Shown here: positions 58,479 through 64,000 of the stretch, in pieces
Layout: the number at the start of each line of letters is the position of its first letter
Position numbering within the stretch: the first letter of the stretch is position 1
Assembly: GCA_001897535.1 (NCBI GenBank)
Contig: MKTC01000031.1
Coordinates: 14,428-78,427, forward strand
Direction of reading: 5' to 3'
Source: Bacteroidetes bacterium 37-13
GTDB lineage: Bacteria > Bacteroidota > Bacteroidia > Chitinophagales > LD1
DNA: 64,000 bases
Notes under the pieces: generated by a model
The model's input: only the letters and a program-made list of their open reading frames with translations
The model's database searches: none
Told to the model about the DNA's origin: nothing
Program-made: the position numbers and the translations under genes

Positions 58479-59711
58479 ATGAAAACAATATTTATAAAAT
58501 ACTTTTCTATACCAAGGAATATCATTTACCTTATGGTGGCTGATGTTTTTTTACAGTTAATAAATGCTGCCTTCACGCTGCTTTTGAACTATTTAATGCT
58601 CGACCACGGCTTTAAAGATTTTGAAATTGCGAGTATGGTGGCCAATCGCTATCTCACTGTTTTGCTGTGCTCTATTCCATTGGCGCTTTTTGTGAAAGGA
58701 AAAGAATTAAAACCGTTTATGCTTGCAGGTTCTGTACTCACACCTTTAATTGCGCTCTTGCTTATTTTCGGAATTCATACGCATAATTCTGAGTTAATTC
58801 GTTTGCTGATGTCGCTTTGGGGAATTTCGTTTTCGCTTTTGCAAATTTTGGTGCTGCCATATATTTTATTGAATGGAAGCAAAGAGCATGAAACGGAAAG
58901 CATTGTATTGTTTTTTGCAGCGGGGAATTTTACTACCATTTTAGCGGGTTTAATGAGTTTTCTTTTACCATTGGCTACGCCATATTTTTCTACTGAAAAA
59001 ATGCTGATTTTGTATTCAGTAATAGCTTTTGCAGGGGTATATTTTGTTTTAAAGCTTCCTAAGAATGAAAACTTGGGAACTAAAATTCCTATCAAAAATA
59101 TTCACCACGATTACGATTGGAATTTGATTACTGAAGCTGCGATTCCTACGTTTTTAATAGCTTTTGGTGCGGGCTTTACCATTCCGGTTATCAATTTATT
59201 TTTTCATGATGTACATGGCATGAACGCAGAAAACTTTTCGTTGATGAATTCGCTTGCATTCACTTTGGTTGCTATTTCAGGTTTGTTAGTTCCTGAAATT
59301 AAAAGACGATTTGGCTATAAAATCGCTATCACTTTGGTGCAAATAATTGCTATTGTTTTGCTTTTTGCGATGGCAACTACAGAATGGTATAGCCATACCG
59401 TGCTTGGTTTGCTGGTTGCTGTAATCACATTTGTGCTGCGCCAACCACTTATGAATATGGCTGCTCCGATGACGGGCGAACTCACGCTTAAATATGTTGG
59501 CGAAAGAAATCGCGAAATGATTTCGGCTATTAATGCTTCAATTTGGAGTGGATGTTGGTTTGCAAGCGCAAAAATATTTTCAATTTTGCGTGAAGCTGGA
59601 GTTTCATATTCAAATATTATTTTTATTACAGTTGGGTTCTATATTTTTGGTGTAGCTTGGTATCAACGCTTAATCAATAAGGTTGAAAATGTGCCATTAG
59701 AAAAGGAATAA
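58479..59711 (+). CDS. major facilitator superfamily (MFS) transporter
   Basis: 410 aa, about 12 TM helices in a 6+6 arrangement with a central loop. Confidence 0.78.
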   Translation: MKTIFIKYFSIPRNIIYLMVADVFLQLINAAFTLLLNYLMLDHGFKDFEIASMVANRYLTVLLCSIPLALFVKGKELKPFMLAGSVLTPLIALLLIFGIHTHNSELIRLLMSLWGISFSLLQILVLPYILLNGSKEHETESIVLFFAAGNFTTILAGLMSFLLPLATPYFSTEKMLILYSVIAFAGVYFVLKLPKNENLGTKIPIKNIHHDYDWNLITEAAIPTFLIAFGAGFTIPVINLFFHDVHGMNAENFSLMNSLAFTLVAISGLLVPEIKRRFGYKIAITLVQIIAIVLLFAMATTEWYSHTVLGLLVAVITFVLRQPLMNMAAPMTGELTLKYVGERNREMISAINASIWSGCWFASAKIFSILREAGVSYSNIIFITVGFYIFGVAWYQRLINKVENVPLEKE

Positions 59712-59797
59712 TAATATGATATGATTGGAATTGCAAAACCAATCACACAAATAATAATTACATTTCATAAAATCGTATTACAATCATAATTTTTTCG

Positions 59798-61225
59798 ATG
59801 CGTAATTTTTTATTACTACTCACTTTTTTACCGATATTTTTAATTGCACAACCTGTTTTTCGTGGTGCAAAAATTGTAGGTAATTATCCGAATACTTTTT
59901 TCTTGCACACCATTGCTGCTACTGGCGAAAAGCCAATTGTATTCACTGCAAAAGAACTTCCTGTGGGTTTAAGTTTAGATGTTTCAACGGGAATAATTTA
60001 CGGCACAGCGCCCAAGGCTGGAATTTACAAAGTAGAAGTTTCTGCTACGAATAAATCTGGAACAAGCACTCAAACTTTAGAATTAAATATTGGTGAAAAA
60101 TTAGCGCTAACTCCGCCAATGGGTTGGAATAGTTGGAATGTTTTCACTTCTGATATTGATGAGAAAATAATTATGGAAATTGCCGATGCTATGGTGAATA
60201 CAGGAATGCGCGATGCAGGATATGAGTATATAAACATTGATGATTATTGGCATGCAGACACGCGCGAAGCTGATGGAAAACCTAAAGTAGATGAAAAAAA
60301 ATTTCCCAACGGAATGAAGCACGTTGCAGATTATGTACATAGCAAGGGATTAAAACTGGGGATTTATTCTTGTGCTTCGGAGTTTACTTGTGGTAGAAGA
60401 TTTGGAGGTTATGGTTATGAAGAAATTGATGCTAAAACTTATGCAGAATGGGGAATAGATTTATTGAAATACGATTATTGTTTTGCTCCGTGGAATAGAA
60501 AAACGGCTATTGAGCGCTATACCAAAATGGGTGAGGCACTAAAAAATAGTGGTAGAAGTATTGTGTTTAGTATTTGCGAATGGGGTGTTCGTAAACCTTG
60601 GAAATGGGGAGCCGCAGCAGGAGGAAGTTACTGGCGAACAACTTTTGACATCTTCGACCATTGGAAAGGGAATAACCCTTTTCAGTTAAGTGTGATGCAA
60701 ATTTTAAAGCAACAAATAGGGTTAGAAAAATATGCAGCACCGGGCGCTTGGAACGATCCGGATATGCTTATTGTTGGAAATTACGGTAAAGGAAATGCTA
60801 CTTCGGCAAGAGGAAAGTTTAAAGGATTAAGTGATACTGAATATCAAAGTCATTTTGCGTTGTGGTGTATGCTCAATTCTCCGCTGCTTTCTAGTTGCGA
60901 TTTGCGCAATATGAATGATGCCACAAAAAACATTTTATTAAATAACGAGCTGATAGCACTCAACCAAGATATTGAAGGAAAACAAGCAACTTTAGTTTCT
61001 AAAAAGAAAGGAATTTGGGTTTACAAAAAAGAACTTTCTGATGGTGTTGCGTATGCAGTTTTTAATACAAATAGTAAGCAAAAGTCGTTTGTGGTTTCTG
61101 AACTTATTGAAAAGAAAATTAAAGGTACAGTAAAGGATTTGGTTAGCGGAAAAGTTGTTTCTAATTCAGGAGAAGCAATAAATTTAGACGCACATCAAAC
61201 TTTTGTGTTTAAAGTAAATCGATAG
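59798..61225 (+). CDS. alpha-galactosidase (glycoside hydrolase family 27) with N-terminal Ig-like domain
   Basis: PPMGWNSWNVF, YEYINIDDYW, LKYDYC and DPDML are GH27 signatures. A signal peptide and a putative Ig domain precede them. Confidence 0.9.
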   Translation: MRNFLLLLTFLPIFLIAQPVFRGAKIVGNYPNTFFLHTIAATGEKPIVFTAKELPVGLSLDVSTGIIYGTAPKAGIYKVEVSATNKSGTSTQTLELNIGEKLALTPPMGWNSWNVFTSDIDEKIIMEIADAMVNTGMRDAGYEYINIDDYWHADTREADGKPKVDEKKFPNGMKHVADYVHSKGLKLGIYSCASEFTCGRRFGGYGYEEIDAKTYAEWGIDLLKYDYCFAPWNRKTAIERYTKMGEALKNSGRSIVFSICEWGVRKPWKWGAAAGGSYWRTTFDIFDHWKGNNPFQLSVMQILKQQIGLEKYAAPGAWNDPDMLIVGNYGKGNATSARGKFKGLSDTEYQSHFALWCMLNSPLLSSCDLRNMNDATKNILLNNELIALNQDIEGKQATLVSKKKGIWVYKKELSDGVAYAVFNTNSKQKSFVVSELIEKKIKGTVKDLVSGKVVSNSGEAINLDAHQTFVFKVNR

Positions 61226-61253
61226 TCCAGATTTAAAAAGTGTAATTAAAAAT

Positions 61254-61781
61254 ATGAAAAAGATATTATTCGGAATTGCTTTGTTTTTAGCAGTTGCTAC
61301 ACAGGCGCAAGAGAAAAAAACATTGTCAGAAAAAATTTTAGGCGAAAAAACATTGCCATCGGTTACGCTAAACGATATTGCAGGAAAGCGCGTTGATGTA
61401 AATAGTTATGCAAAGTCAGGAAAGATTACGGTAGTTAGTTTCTGGGCAACATGGTGTGTGCCATGCAAGAAGGAACTAAACAACATAAGCGAATTATATG
61501 AAGAATGGCAAGAAAAATACAATATGCAATTAGTAGCAGTTTCTATTGATGACTCCCGAAGCAGCACAAAAGTAAAGCCCTATACAGATAGCCAACGTTG
61601 GGAGTTTGATGTGCTTTTAGACCCGAATCAAGATTTAAAACGGGAGTTAAATATTCAAAGTGTTCCTTTTACAGTTTTGCTTAATCAAAAGGGAAAAATT
61701 GTTTACACACATACCGGATATGTGGAGGGTGATGAGTTGGTTTTAGAAGATGAAATAAAGAAGTTAGCTGCCGAGAAGTAA
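61254..61781 (+). CDS. TlpA family thiol-disulfide oxidoreductase
   Basis: Signal peptide and the VVSFWATWCVPCKKE motif. Confidence 0.88.
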   Translation: MKKILFGIALFLAVATQAQEKKTLSEKILGEKTLPSVTLNDIAGKRVDVNSYAKSGKITVVSFWATWCVPCKKELNNISELYEEWQEKYNMQLVAVSIDDSRSSTKVKPYTDSQRWEFDVLLDPNQDLKRELNIQSVPFTVLLNQKGKIVYTHTGYVEGDELVLEDEIKKLAAEK

Positions 61782-61859
61782 GCTATAAGTTCTATATAAT
61801 AGAAACGCCCAAACAGTTAATCAGTTTGAGCATTTTTATTTTAGTAAGAGCACTGAAAA

Positions 61860-62450
61860 TTACCACATCACTTCCACTTTTTCTTTTTCAATAATTCTAC
61901 GCAAGTTAATTAACGCATAGCGCATTCTGCCCAACGAAGTATTGATGCTTACATTAGTGTAGGCAGCAATTTCTTTAAAACTAAAATCGTAGAAGTGCCT
62001 TAGTATTATCACTTCTCTTTGGTCGGCAGGCAGTTGTTCAATCAGCATTTTTAGTTTGCTTTCTTTATTTTCAACCTCTTGAAAATCTTTTTCTTGCTTG
62101 TCATCAACACCAATGTATTTAAAGATGTCTTCACCAGTGCTGGTGGTTACGGTAATGCCTGGAGCATTCTTAGTTTTTCTAAAATAATCAATACAGTGGT
62201 TATGAGCAATTCTAAGTAACCAAGGAGCCAATTTTCCTTCTTCGTTATATTTCCCTGCGCGCAATTTGTTAACCGCTTTTATGAATACTTCTTGGAAAAT
62301 ATCTTCTGCAAGGTATTTGTCGCGAACCATCACGAATATGGCAGTAAAAACTTTGTCTTTGTAGCGATGAATAAGCGCTTCTAAGGCTTTTTCATTTCCG
62401 GCATGGAATTGCTGCAACAAAGTGTGATCGCTTAAAGTATGAGTCTTCAT
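61860..62450 (-). CDS. RNA polymerase sigma-70 family (ECF-like) factor
   Basis: Region 2 (AEDIFQEVFIKA...APWLLRIAHNHCIDYFR) and region 4 (QREVIILRHFYDFSFKEIAAYTNVSINTSLGRMRYA). Confidence 0.88.
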   Translation of the reverse strand: MKTHTLSDHTLLQQFHAGNEKALEALIHRYKDKVFTAIFVMVRDKYLAEDIFQEVFIKAVNKLRAGKYNEEGKLAPWLLRIAHNHCIDYFRKTKNAPGITVTTSTGEDIFKYIGVDDKQEKDFQEVENKESKLKMLIEQLPADQREVIILRHFYDFSFKEIAAYTNVSINTSLGRMRYALINLRRIIEKEKVEVMW

Positions 62451-62709
62451 ACGTATTCTGTTTTAAAAGTGAACAAAATGTAGAACTCAATGCAATAGGC
62501 AAATTTCTTTGTTGTTTAATTTATTAAAATGAAGTACGAAAATCTATTCACACAAAAACCAATATTTTTCCAAATACGATTCTTAAAATGTAGAGATGTT
62601 GAATAGGCAGAATTAAATTCGTTTAATGTTTTTACTTTCTTTTTAAAAAAAAGGTTACACGAAGTTAAACTTTTAGTTGAAAAAGCAAAATTGTGGCACG
62701 AAATTTTTT

Positions 62710-64000
62710 TTAGCGAACTAACGTTATCGTTCCCCGTTTTTCCACCTCTTGATCGTTGGTGCAAATTCCTTTCACATACCAAACATAAGCATCAGTTGGG
62801 CTCATTTGACCTCTGAAAGTTCCGTCCCAGCCATCTTTAATGTTGTTGGTAGAGAACACTACATTTCCCCATCTGTTGGTTACGATAAAGGTAGTGAGTT
62901 TCTTCAATGCTTTACCTCGCACGAAGAGTTTATCGTTTAGCCCATCTCCATTTGGCGTGAATACTGTTGGTACAAAAACGAAGTCTGGTGTACAAGCCAA
63001 TACTTTTATGAAAGCTGAGTCCATTGATTGGCATCCGAATTGGTTAGTAACCGTAACATACATCCATTGCGTGAAATTTGCAGTTAAAATAGGAGATGCA
63101 CAATCGGTACAACTGAGCGGGTCGGTAGAAGACCAACTGTATTGCACAGCATCTAAAGAAAGAGCCGCCAATTCAACTTCTGATGAAACAGCCACAGCAG
63201 TATCTCTATATAATTCAATATCGGGTAAAGGATCTACGCGCACGTTAAATGTGTGCGAATCTGGTACACAAAGTGGGCTTTTGATAATTACTGTAAAATC
63301 CATTGTGAACGGAGGGGTAGCTATTGGATCTTTTTGGTTAGGATTATCTAAGTATGTTGTTGGATACCAAAAGAAAGCAGTATCATTATACGAAGCTTGT
63401 TGAACAGTAATATCCATTTTTAAAGATTCTCCTGCACATATTGAAGTATCCTGTATAAAGTCCACTTTAACGGTATCAATCGGATAAAGAGTTACGGTGT
63501 CATATATGTAGCAACCCGGTTGATGTCCCAGTCTATTTTCACTGTAAACTATCCAAGTTGTAGTATCCATAGCAGTGAGTGTTGGACAAATAGCTGTTGG
63601 AGAACTAATATTCGTTGGTGGCGACCATAGAGCATTATACACATCACCGGCACATAATACTGTAGTTTCACCATAGCATAATCTAATATATTCTGGTGCA
63701 ATATTTAGCTTAGGTAAATCTTCTACGTTTAGTGTTACCGTATCTTTAGCTTCACAGCCCCATTTTGTGGTAGCAGTAACAATGTATGAAATGGTATCCG
63801 GAGCATTTGATACTACAAAGCTACAAGTGTCGCAAGTAAGAAAATCAGAAGGCTCCCACCTAAAGAAATCACCATCTTTTAATTGGTATTCAACAACAGC
63901 ACCAATACAAACCGAGGTGTCTCTTAAATTTGGATAAGGGTATTCATCAACATACAATGAATCAGCAAGTGGATAGGTAACTTTGCAGCCTTTATTATCT
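62710..64000 (-). CDS. large secreted repeat protein with T9SS type-B (gliding motility-associated, CHU_C) C-terminal domain; 5' end lies beyond the window
   Basis: The C-terminus VPTVFTPNGDGLNDKLFVRG...VWYV is the type-B CTD signature. Upstream are Cys-containing Ig-like repeats. The frame stays open to position 64000. Confidence 0.85.
   Translation of the reverse strand, partial: DNKGCKVTYPLADSLYVDEYPYPNLRDTSVCIGAVVEYQLKDGDFFRWEPSDFLTCDTCSFVVSNAPDTISYIVTATTKWGCEAKDTVTLNVEDLPKLNIAPEYIRLCYGETTVLCAGDVYNALWSPPTNISSPTAICPTLTAMDTTTWIVYSENRLGHQPGCYIYDTVTLYPIDTVKVDFIQDTSICAGESLKMDITVQQASYNDTAFFWYPTTYLDNPNQKDPIATPPFTMDFTVIIKSPLCVPDSHTFNVRVDPLPDIELYRDTAVAVSSEVELAALSLDAVQYSWSSTDPLSCTDCASPILTANFTQWMYVTVTNQFGCQSMDSAFIKVLACTPDFVFVPTVFTPNGDGLNDKLFVRGKALKKLTTFIVTNRWGNVVFSTNNIKDGWDGTFRGQMSPTDAYVWYVKGICTNDQEVEKRGTITLVR

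Noticed and set aside
62516-62782. 88-aa minus-strand ORF between the sigma factor gene and the T9SS protein gene
   Set aside because: It overlaps the 3' end of the strongly supported T9SS type-B CTD gene in another frame, and the rest lies in AT-rich intergenic DNA. It has no motifs.

Overview
This window looks like a chromosomal segment of a Bacteroidota genome. Supporting signs are T9SS type-A and type-B C-terminal sorting domains, a Rho with a long charged N-terminal insertion, a fused SecDF, TAnnTTTG-type -7 boxes and near-absent Shine-Dalgarno sequences. Most of it is a housekeeping backbone: rho, rng, groES/groEL, ddl, dnaB, hflX, mnmA, secDF, trhO, lpxB, purD, pepP, thrB and tilS, plus four tRNAs (Leu-TAA, Gly-GCC, Leu-CAA, Arg-ACG). 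I found no rRNA, CRISPR array, integrase, transposase or phage genes. The variable part is 11.0-17.1 kb. It holds an AT-rich operon of three lipoprotein genes, a 164-bp MITE-like inverted-repeat element, and a scoB gene with no scoA partner. It also holds a two-gene restriction-modification module (PD-(D/E)xK nuclease plus gamma-class N6-adenine methyltransferase). That module sits between two convergent genes and is bracketed by a 41-bp direct repeat duplicating both gene ends, and its nuclease reading frame is broken at an A-run. The second region of interest is 37.3-42.3 kb. It encodes a four-fold tandem DUF2249 array fused to a RIC/ScdA-type di-iron protein. A tightly coupled operon follows: cupin, DUF1858-DUF2249, a His-rich 12-TM protein, DUF59 and an Rrf2 regulator, preceded by a perfect 9+9 palindrome. 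Smaller observations: a 29-codon bS22/mS38-like basic micro-ORF missed by the ORF track, strong hairpins in the rng leader, a GTDC1/QTMAN-like glycosyltransferase overlapping tilS, two S45 acylase paralogues, and two intergenic terminator-like hairpins with no obvious gene. Three accessory genes are split by 1-nt frame changes, which may be real decay or assembly error. All calls rest on reading motifs in the supplied translations and sequence; no database search was possible.
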